A DNA stretch of 63,266 nucleotides, filler included, from Octopus bimaculoides (Eukaryota), in assembly GCF_001194135.2 (NCBI RefSeq). It is 5 parts of 4 records of this genome, joined end to end, with 100 filler letters (N's around TTAATTAATTAA, not from the genome) between each part and the next. Parts side by side here need not be neighbours in the genome. Positions count along the whole stretch, not along the records: positions 28,563 to 47,084 come from NC_069004.1; positions 47,185 to 50,901 come from NW_026312446.1; positions 51,002 to 63,266 come from NC_068996.1; 2 more parts are not named here. One strand, 5' to 3'. A model generated the notes under the pieces. The model did not search any database, was not told the DNA's origin, and saw nothing but the letters and a program-made list of their open reading frames with translations. A program made the position numbers and the translations under genes. Position 1 is the stretch's first letter; every line of letters begins with the position of its first letter. Shown here one piece after another: positions 37,245 through 51,452 of the stretch.

Positions 37245-38716
37245 GTAAATGATAATGATAATAATAATAAGGACAAACTGCGCAAAAATACAAAATTCAA
37301 TAAAGTAAAATTGAATTTAAATCAATAAAAAATATTTTAGTTATTGGTATTAAATTTCATAGGAGAAATTTAAAATTCAATTTTATAATTTAATCGAGAT
37401 ATATTAAGTTATTCACTCTATAACATCACACACTTAAGCGCCTGCGCACGAATTCGCCTACACAACATCACAGATACACACACACACACAACATACATAC
37501 TCAAACGTTTCCTGCATACTTCAAGCCATATATATNNNNNNNNNNNNNNNNNNNNNNNNNNNNNNNNNNNNNNNNNNNNNNNNNNNNNNNNNNNNNNNNN
37601 NNNNNNNNNNNNNNNNNNNNNNNNNNNNNNNNNNNNNNNNNNNNNNNNNNNNNNNNNNNNNNNNNNNNNNNNNNNNNNNNNNNNNNNNNNNNNNNNNNNN
37701 NNNNCGCATGCATACATATATATATGCTTTCATATACCGCTTCAAAAACCAAAGAGAAAAAGGATAACTACAGACAACTACCACGAAACTTTCAGTTTCT
37801 TTACCCAGGAAATAAATTCACGTTTATACTAAAATTAATTGGTGCATTTGATTTGTGAGTTAATGCCAAATTGAAAATCTGGGAAAGCAGGGTTTTTCAG
37901 AAAAAGAATTCAACAAGCTAATTCGCACGTCACAAATATACGAAGTCTGCTATAAAACTATAGTAAAATAACGAATCAGGTTAGCCGCGCATAAACAAAC
38001 TCAGTTGGCTTGAGACCACATTGTGGAAAGACGCTAAAGAAAGGTGCGTTGTAGTAAACAGCGGGTTGCATATGCATATCTTCTATGCAGCAGAAACACG
38101 TGTCGGTTATATTAACCAATTAAGGAAAAATAAAAAGTTAAATTTGAAGATGTACCAGTCTCCGTATTCTTTGTAACTGCCTTATATATGCATGTGGTTA
38201 GGAAGAAAGATTCTTACTACACAACCTCGCCTGCGTCTATATAATCTATCTATCTATATGCATACATGTGGGTGGAGAGATAGATAGATAGGCGGATAGA
38301 TTGCACACACATATATGTATATAAAAACCTAAACTCATAATATGTGTGTCTGTGTCTGTGTATGCATGTGTGTGGGTGTTTGTGTGCGTGCATTTGCATT
38401 TGTTTTCTCTATGTGTGAGTATGTCTGTCTTAATTTATGAGAAATAAACGGGGGTTACGACCCCGAACAGCGGTGTCTTCCGATGGTCGCTAGAACATGT
38501 CAATGGATCTGAAAGTATAGAAATAACAATAGGCAGGGTAAGTCATGTAGATTCTCGGATGTGGATTTCATCCATCAAGGTGTTGTGTTGGATGGATGAC
38601 TCTTTTGAAATTCTCTAGTATGAACTTCGGTTTGTGTCGGTAATGGGAAATTTTCTCATTCTTCTTATTTACGCAATGCCAATCAAATTTGGGGCATAAG
38701 ACCACAAAGTGATATA

Positions 38717-38808
<92 letters not shown>

Positions 38809-38809
38809 A

Positions 38810-38936
38810 CAGGGTGTCCACAAAGACTGGGTACATGGAGTAAATAAAATCATAACATAAACAATTAAATATAAGAAATAATAATTTCTTAAAGTATGTG
38901 TTAATCCACATTTACCCAGACTTTGTGGACACTCTG
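38810..38936. mobile_element. 127-bp Tc1/mariner-type MITE
   Basis: TA|cagggtgtccacaaagactgggta ... tacccagactttgtggacactctg|TA; 24-bp TIRs with 2 mismatches. Confidence 0.88.
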
Positions 38937-39084
38937 TATATATATACCTCGTTGTTGTGAAAAGAACTCCTTAATCACGCAGCTATGCATACGTCTAAAC
39001 TATACTGCATCACGTGATCACCCGAGCAACTAAACTGTTGGATATTGTTATACATCACCAGTCACAATGCGCTTCGCATCGTTT

Positions 39085-39300
39085 TAGCTTTCGAACGATG
39101 CCATTCCGCTGGCTAGAGAAGTCAGGCAAACACTCTCCGTGATCGGAATATTCGGCCGTCCCAGGGTTAGCCCTTTACAGTTGAGTGGACTGGAGCATCG
39201 TGAAATGAAGTGTTTTGCACAAGAACACAGCGAACCGCTCGGCCCAGGAATTGAACCTACGATCTCACGAGCGTACGAGCAAACCACGAGCCTTCTCCAT
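39085..39300 (-). mobile_element. tRNA-derived SINE, diverged
   Basis: gagtggactggagcatcgtgaaatgaagtg body and ccaggaattgaacc B-box on the minus strand. Confidence 0.65.
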
Positions 39301-39643
39301 TCTATATACAAATATAATATCCAATATTTCATTATCATTTCACAGATCTTGACACTTTCCGGTACGCTCATTCTCACATCTTCAACCCAATCATATTCTA
39401 TGTATGCATGTGTAGGTTTTTAGACGAGAATCTTGGTGTGACTTTGTGAGTCTCTACGTGTGTGTGTAAGATAACGTGTGTACTGTACGCAACAAAACAC
39501 AACAAACCAGTTCCAACAGAATTCTTTGGGGGCTGACAACAATGACAGAACTCATATTTTATGTTCTCTTTGATGTCTCGGAGACAGTCAACATGTTTCC
39601 ATATTACAGATTGCCTCATATGTATATGTTTAATAATTGTGTA

Positions 39644-39689
<46 letters not shown>

Positions 39690-39958
39690 NNNNNNNNNNN
39701 NNNNNNNNNNNNNNNNNNNNNNNNNNNNNNNNNNNNNNNNNNNNNNNNNNNNNNNNNNNNNNNNNNNNNNNNNNNNNNNNNNNNNNNNNNNNNNNNNNNN
39801 NNNNNNNNNNNNNNNNNNNNNNNNNNNNNNNNNNNNNNNNNNNNNNNNNNNNNNNNNNNNNNNNNNNNNNNNNNNNNNNNNNNNNNNNNNNNNNNNNNNN
39901 NNNNNNNNNNNNNNNNNNNNNNNNNNNNNNNNNNNNNNNNNNNNNNNNNNNNNNNNNN

Positions 39959-40008
<50 letters not shown>

Positions 40009-40206
40009 CATACATATTTATATTGCATATAAATAATGTTTGATTACTCCAAGGAAAGAGGGTTTATTCATTACTTTAGTAAAGAGAAATGTATATAATA
40101 ACGTTAGTTATAGAAAATACATCGTTACTTGAGTTTCCTGCTGGATTAAGCAATTATTCGACAAATATATTTTAAATAAGAATATACTTTAAACAGAATT
40201 ATTGGA

Positions 40207-40353
40207 AGGCGCAGGTCTGGCTGTGTGGTAAGAAGCTTGCTTACCAACCACATAATTCGGGGTTCAGTCCCATTGCGTGGTACCTTGGGCAACTGTCTTC
40301 TACTTTAGTCTCGGATCGACCAAAGCCTTGTGAATGTATTTGGTAGACGGAAA
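40207..40353 (+). mobile_element. SINE family B, 3'-truncated
   Basis: ggcgcaggtctggctgtgtggtaagaagc...gggttcagtccc head. Confidence 0.85.
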
Positions 40354-40489
40354 TATTATTTTAAGATGAGAAACAAAGTCCTTACGTTATTATGGACCAG
40401 AGGGAAAATGGCTGAGTCCCAACCAGAAAGGAACAACTAAAAACAATACTCAACGTACGGAGGGATTGGAAAAGATCAATAAATACTTC

Positions 40490-40660
40490 AAAATCGAGCA
40501 CGATCAGCAAATGCGTTGGTTCGGTGAGGTAATCCAGTTGAAGCGACCCTAGTTGAGACACAGCTTACTCGAACATGATAAAGCTCGGCCCTCGGCCCAC
40601 ACCGCTAATATGAGCACAAATGCTGTTCAAGAGCTCGTCTGAGAAGTTCTAGCGGCTTCT
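40490..40660 (+). pseudogene. Small mariner transposase remnant
   Basis: LLEHDKAR...HTANM...VQEL resembles LLQHDNARPHTAxxTxxxIQEL. Confidence 0.45.
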
Positions 40661-41622
40661 TAAATGAGTGGGACTTAAAGAAAGAGTAGAAAAGCAAAAA
40701 GAAAAAGGGAAAAAATAAAAATAAATACAATGCATAAATATATTGACAAATTTGTGAGAGGAAGAATATAAGGAAAGAACGACTGAGAAAAACAAAAAAA
40801 TTGAGACTATAGGGGAGAGAAAAATTTATATTTCATTATATAAAAGAGTAAAATCCAAGCATGTTATCAACATTTTCTACATTATTATGGACATCATGTT
40901 GATTTTCCACGTCATCCTCATCTCTCTTCCACCTCCACCTCTTCTTCTTCTTCTTCTTCTTCTTCTTCTTCTTCTTCTTCTTCTTCTTCTTCTTCTTCTT
41001 CTTCTTCTTCTTCTTTTTCTNNNNNNNNNNTCTTCTTCTTCTTCTTCTTCTTCTTCTTCTTTTTCTTCTTCTTCTTCTTCTTCTTCTTCTTCTTCTTCTT
41101 CTTCTTCTTCCTATCCACCCTCGTCCTCCTCCTCTACCGTCCACCTTTTCCTCCTCGTCGTCGTCGTCCTCCTCCTCCTCCACTACCACGACCACCACTA
41201 CCTTCCCGCCTTCTCCCACACCTCCTTCCCCTACCCACCTTCCCCTCCCTCTTCTCACGTTCTTATTCCCCTTCCTGCCGCTTTTCCTACTCTTCCCCCA
41301 CTCTCCCCCCTCTCTCTCCTCATCATCAGCTTCACCATCATCATCGTCGTCGTCAACGTCAACTTCGTCGTCAACTTCATCATCGTCATCATAATGTACA
41401 TATATGTGTACATACACAGATATATAAACACATATACACATACACACACACACACACATATATAAATATACATACATTCATACGTATTTATATGTGTGTG
41501 TATGTGTCTTGGTGTATGTAAGTGTGTATGTAAACTGAAATACATCATCAGCTTCACCATCATCGTCTTCGTCAACGTCAACTTCCGTCGTCAACCTCAT
41601 CATCGTGGTCATAATATATATG

Positions 41623-41677
<55 letters not shown>

Positions 41678-43448
41678 NNNNNNNNNNNNNNNNNNNNNNN
41701 NNNNNNNNNNNNNNNNNNNNNNNNNNNNNNNNNNNNNNNNNNNNNNNNNNNNNNNNNNNNNNNNNNNNNNNNNNNNNNNNNNNNNNNNNNNNNNNNNNNN
41801 NNNNNNNNNNNNNNNNNNNNNNNNNNNNNNNNNNNNNNNNNNNNNNNNNNNNNNNNNNNNNNNNNNNNNNNNNNNNNNNNNNNNNNTACATACATTGATA
41901 TAAATATATATATACATAGATGTATATAAGCTGAAATACATCAACACCATATCATCGAATTCACGCCTGACCAAAAAAAGAGATAAGCACGAAATAGAAA
42001 CAAAAAACAAAACATCAACAAACAAACAAACAAACCGAAGAAACCGCCAAAAAAGTCGAACATTTTGAAGACGTTCATATATAAATCAAAATAATGCAAT
42101 TCCTGTGGGTTTGACATAATTCAGCGAAAGATGTCAAGACGGGAGCAGATTATTTTGTGATAAAATAGAAGATTCGGCAAGTATAAATATTGATGAGAAA
42201 CTCGTTTTGTTTGTTTGCAATATATTGTAGATGGAGATGGGTACATGTGTGTAGAGAGTAATGTACAGATATATATATATATATATGCATGCATGCGCGC
42301 GTGTGTGTGTGTGCGTGTGCATGTGTGAGTGCACGTGAGGGTGGGTCCTGTGTTTAGGTAGATATGTAAGGATGTGGGTGTATATATATATATATATATA
42401 TATATATCTATATTCATGTGTGATGCGTGTATGTGTGACTTTCTGCAAAATACATATGTGATTATATATATATATATGTATATGCATGTATATATATACG
42501 TATATACATATAAATGAATTCATATATATATANNNNNNNNNNNNNNNNNNNNNNNNNNNNNNNNNNNNNNNNNNNNNNNNNNNNNNNNNNNNNNNNNNNN
42601 NNNNNNNNNNNNNNNNNNNNNNNNNNNNNNNNNNNNNNNNNNNNNNNNNNNNNNNNNNNNNNNNNNNNNNNNNNNNNNNNNNNNNNNNNNNNNNNNNNNN
42701 NNNNNNNNNNNNNNNNNNNNNNNNNNNNNNNNNNNNNNNNNNNNNNNNNNNNNNNNNNNNNNNNNNNNNNNNNNNNNNNNNNNNNNNNNNNNNNNNNNNN
42801 NNNNNNNNNNNNNNNNNNNNNNNNNNNNNNNNNNNNNNNNNNNNNNNNNNNNNNNNNNNNNNNNNNNNNNNNNNNNNNNNNNNNNNNNNNNNNNNNNNNN
42901 NNNNNNNNNNNNNNNNNNNNNNNNNNNNNNNNNNNNNNNNNNNNNNNNNNNNNNNNNNNNNNNNNNNNNNNNNNNNNNNNNNNNNNNNNNNNNNNNNNNN
43001 NNNNNNNNNNNNNNNNNNNNNNNNNNNNNNNNNNNNNNNNNNNNNNNNNNNNNNNNNNNNNNNNNNNNNNNNNNNNNNNNNNNNNNNNNNNNNNNNNNNN
43101 NNNNNNNNNNNNNNNNNNNNNNNNNNNNNNNNNNNNNNNNNNNNNGTGTATATTGACATATGCGTACGTAATTATATACAAACATACACTCACCCGTGTG
43201 TATACTAACACCCATGATCAGCTATCATTCTGCAAACAACGAATGTTATGCAAACATAACTAGATAATAAGAGAATACCATTGAATTATATACACACGCA
43301 CACACACACACATGTACATACAAACATACATACATACATACATGAATATATGTATATATGCTTGTATATATACATACACATATACATATTTGTTCATACA
43401 TACACTTATATGCGCACATGCATATACGCGCACACATGTACATAATAC

Positions 43449-43498
<50 letters not shown>

Positions 43499-44441
43499 TC
43501 ATACACATATACATATATTTTCATATATATGTATATATATATATATAATATATGTTCATATATATGCATAAATTATTAAAATACGCACCGTATACAGGAC
43601 GTCACCAACGAGTGAAAAATATGTAAACACACGAGAGGATAAAATACCAAAAACTATACGTACGTATGTATATATGGATTTGTACTAATGTGACAGGTCA
43701 ACTAAGCCAAAATATACACACACACACATGCACATATATATATAGACACGTGACCTGACGGCTATGGTGTTGCGTCTGTTGATCACAAGATCGCAGTTTC
43801 GACTTCGGGGCTGGTCGATGCATAGTATTTTTCAATAAAACAGTTCATCTCGTATTGCCACCCCCACCGTAGTCACTTCGACATCTAACGTTGTACACCT
43901 GTACAAGCAGAGGCGGCGTCTGTAAACTGTAATCTTTAATCATTATAAACATATTCTCTTAGCAGCTATGTTCTCCAGCGAGGAATTCCCGAATTTTCGT
44001 CTGTCGCTTTACGATAGGAAGGTCCGCCAGATATATGAGCACGACCATGACTGACAAATTATCTTGTTTCTGTTCTTTTGTTTTTCAGTNNNNNNNNNNN
44101 NNNNNNNNNNNNNNNNNNNNNNNNNNNNNNNNNNNNNNNNNNNNNNNNNNNNNNNNNNNNNNNNNNNNNNNNNNNNNNNNNNNNNNNNNNNNNNNNNNNN
44201 NNNNNNNNNNNNNNNNNNNNNNNNNNNNNNNNNNNNNNNNNNNNNNNNNNNNNNNNNNNNNNNNNNNNNNNNNNNNNNNNNNNNNNNNNNNNNNNNNNNN
44301 NNNNNNNNNNNNNNNNNNNNNNNTGTTGCAGTTTCAGCAATAATTATCAAGTGCTGCAATTAGGTGGTCGTTCTGTACAACACTTTAATTTTGCACTTCA
44401 ATGTGTCTTGTGAGTCGAAATCGACTGGAAAATTCTCTACC

Positions 44442-44481
<40 letters not shown>

Positions 44482-46680
44482 ACACTCACACACACACCGC
44501 GGATAGACACACACATGTACACTTATTCATGTATTTGAACGAGCATACATGCATTCATATAGAAGTAGAATATGCTGGCTAAGCCGCATGGTTAATAAAT
44601 CTACATGGCAATCATGATCTGTAGCCTCCACTGTGTAACATCTAAGGTAATTGTCTTTTAACATAGCCTCTAGTAAGTTCAAGCCTTATGAATAAAATTT
44701 GAAGACGGAAGCTGTTTGGAAAAGCATGTAATTGAAAGTATAACCTTGTCACTTACTTCCACTTTGATTCACGTTGAGAATGAGCTTAAGGCTATACGTG
44801 TCAATGTAATAACCTGTCTCTTTTATAATTCAATGATAAGTTAGTTTCGTTGATTGAATAATTCAAATTCTCATTACTTCGTGTGTTTTTTTTCTTTTTG
44901 TAAAGGATGTAGATGCGTTATGTACGCTTCTGTTTACCTACATATATCTATATATCTATCTATCTATTTGGCCTTAAAGACGTGGTGGTTGTCGACTCGA
45001 TAGACGAGAATGGCCACCACTGACAGATTATCTCGTTTCTGTTCTTTTGTTTATTGATGGCTATGGGGGTCCACAATAGCCTTTGTAGCCAGCAAGCGCC
45101 TAGCATTTTTCGTTGCAGATGTAGCATTAATTTCCAGGTGTTTCAATCAGGTGCTCGTTCAGTGCAGCAGTCTGATTTTGTACTTCCACGTGCCTTGTGA
45201 GTCGAAATCGGCTTGAATATTCACTACTACATAGATCGGAAAACTGATTAGCTGCCAGAAATTGGTTGTATTCATCCCGAGGCCATATATACGCACACAC
45301 GCACATGGATGTATTTACAGATCAACTGCCCTACTGATATGAATATCTCTTGGAAAATCAATTAGAAAGAGAATAACTATAGAGAACTGCTTCGAAACCT
45401 TGAACTTCTTTCGCTCAGCCTATATATATTCACATTTATACCTATAACAATTGGTACACTTCGCTTTGTGAGTAAATGTCAGACAACCTTAAAAAAAAAA
45501 ATTTCGGAGTTTTTAAAACTTAAAATCAACTAGTTAACATGCATATTACATATACAATCTGTAAGCGGAACTGTATAAATATGCAAGAATATTCTTAAGT
45601 TCAAATTGTGATATTGTTTTTGCTATCTACTTTCCAACGTTGGGACTTTATATTGAAAATAAAAAGTACACACAAACAGCGGTAATTACAATCCACGAAC
45701 TTATCATTGAGGTTTCCGGCACTTTGAACACCATAAGGTTACAGCAGTGATGTAATCTGAAAATTACTTTTGAAATAATTAATTTCATCTTCGTGTCGTA
45801 TAAATTGTAAATTTACAATCTTATAAATTTTAAGCTTATATACTATAAATTTAAGGTTTATATCTTAAAAATTTTAGGTTAATGTCTCACAAATTTATAC
45901 ACTTCTTCAAGTTTCTACTTTCCACATTTTAGCATCGCTATAAGTTGCCTTAATTGATACATTTACAACAATTTCCCCTTAATTCCTTCAAGTATTTAAT
46001 TATTCTAATAATTATCCTTTCCCATAATTACCCCGCTTCCAAATTATCTCTTTCATTTCACTTTCATTTCTAATTAATATTGTTATTCAGTTACTGTTTT
46101 AATAATCTCTCAGCTGCTTGGTTATCTCCCCACATTATTAATTACACATTAATTTTAATTGTCATTCAGCTAACTCTAATTTTTATTACTCCACTGTTAC
46201 TTTATTTTATTTCATTTCAAATTCCTTCATTACTCGAGAATTATTCCTGTGTCCCCCACCTCACCTCCTTACATCATCTATAATTTATTGCTATATTAAT
46301 GCTTAATCTACATGTTAATCACACGCCACATGTGACTGGTCCTAGCAATGGCCGTTTATGTTTCTGCTACGTTTGAAATTTTTGCATTCTGCTCATTTCT
46401 GACATGTAAAATATTTGACTTCTGAGCTGAGGAAGCGTTCACATAGAAACTTCGAGTCACGGGCGTAAATGGCAAATCCTAATTACATACATACATGCAT
46501 GCATACATACATACATGCATAATTACGTACATAAATACAGAGAGAGCCAAAAGTCTCGCACAAAATAAGTCCACTACGCTTCGGAATTGTCGAAAACATG
46601 ATTCTTACTCAGCCTTTTCAGATCGAATGAAATAAGTAAAATAAGGATGAATACACACGTACGTGTACATGAGGATCAAA

Positions 46681-46681
<1 letters not shown>

Positions 46682-46755
<74 letters not shown>

Positions 46756-46897
46756 TGATGATGTTGATGATGATGATGATGATGATAATGATGATGATGA
46801 TAATGATGATGATGATGATAATGATGATGATGATGATGATAATAATAATGATGATGATGATGATGATAATGATGATGATGATGATGATGATGATGAT
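46682..46897. repeat. (AAT)n/(GAT)n compound microsatellite
   Basis: Directly visible. Confidence 0.95.
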
Positions 46898-47084
46898 GTC
46901 TGTTAGTATGAGATCATGGAGAACCACACTGACTTCGAACAAAGACAATGGATCTCTCAATGCTGGAGATGTAAGAGCGTATGAAAACCCGTACTAAAAC
47001 TGCTGTAAATGCATATACAGATAGAAGCCAGAAAGCAGTAGTTTCCATCGACATGGAATCCGTTACAAATGTGTATCATTTCTG

Positions 47085-47184
47085 NNNNNNNNNNNNNNNN
47101 NNNNNNNNNNNNNNNNNNNNNNNNNNNNTTAATTAATTAANNNNNNNNNNNNNNNNNNNNNNNNNNNNNNNNNNNNNNNNNNNN
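47085..47184. other. Scaffold join with synthetic linker
   Basis: 44 N + TTAATTAATTAA + 44 N. Confidence 0.95.
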
Positions 47185-50100
47185 GTAGGAAGGAATGAAC
47201 GAATGTAGGAAGGAAAGAACGAACGTCGGATGGAAAGAACGAACGTAGGGAGGAAAGAACAACGTCGGAAGGAACGTAGGAACGAACGAACGGACGTATG
47301 AAGGAAAGAACGAACGTACGAAGGAAAGAACGAACGTAGGAAGGTAAGAACGAACGTAGGAACGAACGANNNNNNNNNNNNNNNNNNNNNNNNNNNNNNN
47401 NNNNNNNNNNNNNNNNNNNNNNNNNNNNNNNNNNNNNNNNNNNNNNNNNNNNNNNNNNNNNNNNNNNNNNNNNNNNNNNNNNNNNNNNNNNNNNNNNNNN
47501 NNNNNNNNNNNNNNNNNNNNNNNNNNNNNNNNNNNNNNNNNNNNNNNNNNNNNNNNNNNNNNNNNNNNNNNNNNNNNNNNNNNNNNNNNNNNNNNNNNNN
47601 NNNNNNNNNNNNNNNNNNAGCAAGCGTAGGAACGAGCGAACGAACGTTGGACACAAAGAACGAACGTAGGAAGTAAAGAACGAACGTAAGAAGAAAAGAA
47701 CGAACGTAGGAAGGAAAGAACGAATGTAGGAACGAACGAAAGAACGTAGGAAGGAAAGAACGANNNNNNNNNNNNNNNNNNNNNNNNNNNNNNNNNNNNN
47801 NNNNNNNNNNNAACGTAGGAAGGAAAGAACGAACGTAGGAAGGAAAGAACGAACGTAGGTAAGAAAGAACGAATGCAGGAAGGAAAGAACGAACGTAGGA
47901 ACGAACGTAAGAACGAACGAACGAACGTAGGACGGACAGAACGAATGTAGGAAGGAAAGANNNNNNNNNNAGGAAGGAACGTAGGAACGAACGAACGAAC
48001 GTAGGAAGGAAACAGCGAACGTAGGAAGGAATGACCGAAAGTAGGAAGGAAAGAACGAACGTAGGAACGAACGAATGAACGTAGGAAGGANNNNNNNNNN
48101 NNNNNNNNNNNNNNNNNNNNNNNNNNNNNNNNNNNNNNNNNNNNNNNNNNNNNNNNNNNNNNNNNNNNNNNNNNNNNNNNNNNNNNNNNNNNNNNNNNNN
48201 NNNNNNNNNNNNNNNNNNNNNNNNNNNNNNNNNNNNNNNNNGAAACAAACGAATGAACGTAGGAAGAAAAGAACGAACGTAAGAAGGAAAGAATGACCGT
48301 AGGAAGGAAAGAACGAACGTAGGAAAGAAAGAACGAACGTAGGANNNNNNNNNNNNNNNNNNNNNNNNNNNNNNNNNNNNNNGAACGAAAGAACGAACGT
48401 AGAAACGAATGAATGAACGTATGAAGGAAAAACGAACGTAGGAAGGAAATAACGACCGTTGGAAGCAAAGAACGAACGTAGGAAAGAAAGAACGAACGTA
48501 GGAACGAANNNNNNNNNNNNNNNNNNNNNNNNNNNNNNNNNNNNNNNNNNNNNNNNNNNNNNNNNNNNNNNNNNNNNNNNNNNNNNNNNNNNNNNNNNNN
48601 NNNNNNNNNNNNNNNNNNNNNNNNNNNNNNNNNNNNNNNNNNNNNNNNNNNNNNNNNNNNNNNNNNNNNNNNNNNNNNNNNNNNNNNNNNNNNNNNNNNN
48701 NNNNNNNAGGAAGGAAAGAACGAACGTAGGAAGGAAAGAACGAACGTAGGAAGGTAACAACCAATGTAGGAACGAACAAATGAACGTAGGTACGAACGAA
48801 CGAACGTAGGAAGGAAAGAACGAACGTAGGANNNNNNNNNNNNNNNNNNNNNNNNNNNNNNNNNNNNNNNNNNNNNNNNNNNNNNNNNNNNNNNNNNNNN
48901 NNNNNNNNNNNNNNNNNNNNNNNNNNNNNNNNNNNNNNNNNNNNNNNNNNNNNNNNNNNNNNNNNNNNNNNNNNNNNNNNNNNNNNNNNNNNNNNNNNNN
49001 NNNNNNNNNNNNNNNNNNNNNNNNNNNNNNNNNNNNNNNNNNNNNNNAGAACGAACGTAGGAAGGAAAGAACGAATATAGGAACGAACGAACGAACGAAC
49101 GTAGGGACGAACGATCGAACGTAGGAAAGAAAGAACGAACGTAGGAACGAACTAATGAACGTAGGAAGGAAAGAACAAACGTAGGAAGGAAAGAACGNNN
49201 NNNNNNNNNNNNNNNNNNNNNNNNNNNNNNNNNNNNNNNNNNNNNNNNNNNNNNNNNNNNNNNNNNNNNNNNNNNNNNNNNNNNNNNNNACGTAGGAAAG
49301 AAAGAACAAACGTAGGAAGGAAAGAACGAACGTAGGAACAATCGAACGAACGTGGGAAGGGACGTAGGAACGAACGAAGGAACGTAGGAAGGAAATAACG
49401 AACGTAGGAAGGAAAGAACGAACGTAGGANNNNNNNNNNACGAACGTAGGAACGAACGAACGAACGTAGGAAGGAAAGAACAACGTAGGCAGGAACGCTG
49501 GAATGAACGAACGTAGGAAGGAAAGAGCGAACGTAGGAAGGAAAGAACAAACGTAAGAAGGAACGAACGAACGTAAGAACGAAAGAATGAACGGAGGAAG
49601 GAATGAACAACGTAGGAAGGAACGTAGGAACGAACGAACGAACGTAGGAAGGAANNNNNNNNNNNNNNNNNNNNNNNNNNNNNNNNNNNNNNNNNNNNNN
49701 NNNNNNNNNNNNNNNNNNNNNNNNNNNNNNNNNNNNNNNNNNNNNNNNNNNNNNNNNNNNNNNNNNNNNNNNNNNNNNNNNNNNNNNNNNNNNNNNNNNN
49801 NNNNNNNNNNNNNNNNNNNNNNNNAGGAAGGAAAGAACGAACGTAGGAAGGAAAGAACGACCGTAGGAAGGAAATAACGAACGTAGGAATGAGAGAACGA
49901 ACGTAGGAACGAACGAACGAAAGTAGGAAGGAAAGAACGAATGTAGAAACGAAAGAATGAACGTAGGAAGGAAATAACGACCGTAGGAAGGAATGAACGA
50001 ACGTAGGAAAGAAAGAACGAACGTAGGAACGAACGANNNNNNNNNNNNNNNNNNNNNNNNNNNNNNNNNNNNNNNNNNNNNNNNNNNNNNNNNNNNNNNN

Positions 50101-50901
50101 NNNNNNNNNNNNNNNNNNNNNNNNNNNNNNNNNNNNNNNNNNNNNNNNNNNNNNNNNNNNNNNNNNNNNNNNNNNNNNNNNNNNNNNNNNNNNNNNNNNN
50201 NNNNNNNNNNNNNNNNNNNNNNNNNNNNNNNNNNNNNNNNNNNNNNNNNNNNNNNNNNNNNNNNNNNNNNNNNNNNNNNNNNNNNNNNNNNNNNNNNNNN
50301 NNNNNNNNNNNNNNNNNNNNNNNNNNNNNNNNNNNNNNNNNNNNNNNNNNNNNNNNNNNNNNNNNNNNNNNNNNNNNNNNNNNNNNNNNNNNNNNNNNNN
50401 NNNGAACGAACGAACGAACTTAGGAAGGAAAGAACGAACGTAGGAAGGAAAGATCAAATGCAGGAAGAAAAGAACGAACGTAGGAAGGAAAGAACGAACG
50501 TAGGAAGGAAANNNNNNNNNNAGAACGAACGTAGGAAGGAAAGAACGAATATAGGAACGAACGAACGAACGTAGGGACGAACGATCGAACGTATGAAGGA
50601 AAGAACGAACGTAGGAAAGAAAGAAAGAACGTAGAAACGTACGAACGAACGTAGGACGGACAGAACGAACGTAGGAAAGAAAGAACAACGTAGGAAGGAA
50701 CGTAGGAAGGAAGACCGAACGTAGGAAGGAAAGAACGAACGTATGAACGAACGAATGAACGTAGGNNNNNNNNNNGAACGAATGAACGTAGGAAGGAAAG
50801 AACGAACGTAGAAAGGAAAGAACGATAGTGGGAACGAACAAACGAACGTAAGAAGGAAAGAAGGAACGTAGGAAGGAAAGAACGAACGTAGGAAGGAAAG
50901 A
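47185..50901. repeat. Compound satellite built from GTAG/GAAG/GAAA/GAAC tetramers (main 20-mer gtaggaaggaaagaacgaac)
   Basis: Directly visible, heavily gapped, bounded on both sides by linker joins. Confidence 0.92.
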
Positions 50902-51001
50902 NNNNNNNNNNNNNNNNNNNNNNNNNNNNNNNNNNNNNNNNNNNNTTAATTAATTAANNNNNNNNNNNNNNNNNNNNNNNNNNNNNNNNNNNNNNNNNNN
51001 N
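50902..51001. other. Scaffold join with synthetic linker
   Basis: 44 N + TTAATTAATTAA + 44 N. Confidence 0.95.
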
Positions 51002-51019
51002 CAAGAGACAAGGAGAAAG

Positions 51020-51182
51020 AGTGAGAGAAAGTTGGGGCGAAAGAGTACAACAGGGGTCGCCACCACCCCCTGCCGGAGCCTCGATGAGTTTTGTGTTTTC
51101 GCTCAATAACACACACAACTCCCGGTCTGGGAATCGAAACCGCGATCCTCCGACCGCGACTCCACTGCCCTTGCGCCTCCAC
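51020..51182 (-). mobile_element. SINE family A head fragment
   Basis: Matches 31960-32132. Confidence 0.8.
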
Positions 51183-51185
51183 TTG

Positions 51186-51223
<38 letters not shown>

Positions 51224-51416
51224 TATTGTCAGTGATTCTATATTTATACTAACACATATATTTAATCACTTACGCACACATATTTGTTCGTGTGTGTGTG
51301 TGCGTATATATATATATATATATACATGAAAGTATATGTGTGTATAGATAAATGATGTACATACATATTTTTACATATATGTACGCATATACATATAAAA
51401 TTATGCATATATATTA

Positions 51417-51452
<36 letters not shown>

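Noticed and set aside
46421-46465. CUGAGGA ... GAAACUUCGAGUC hammerhead-like motif
   Set aside because: Stem III and GUC are good, but stem II and stem I do not pair.
47129-50841. Very long minus-strand ORFs (up to 1234 aa, PSYVRSFL repeats)
   Set aside because: Translation of a stop-free satellite plus N runs; no domain content.
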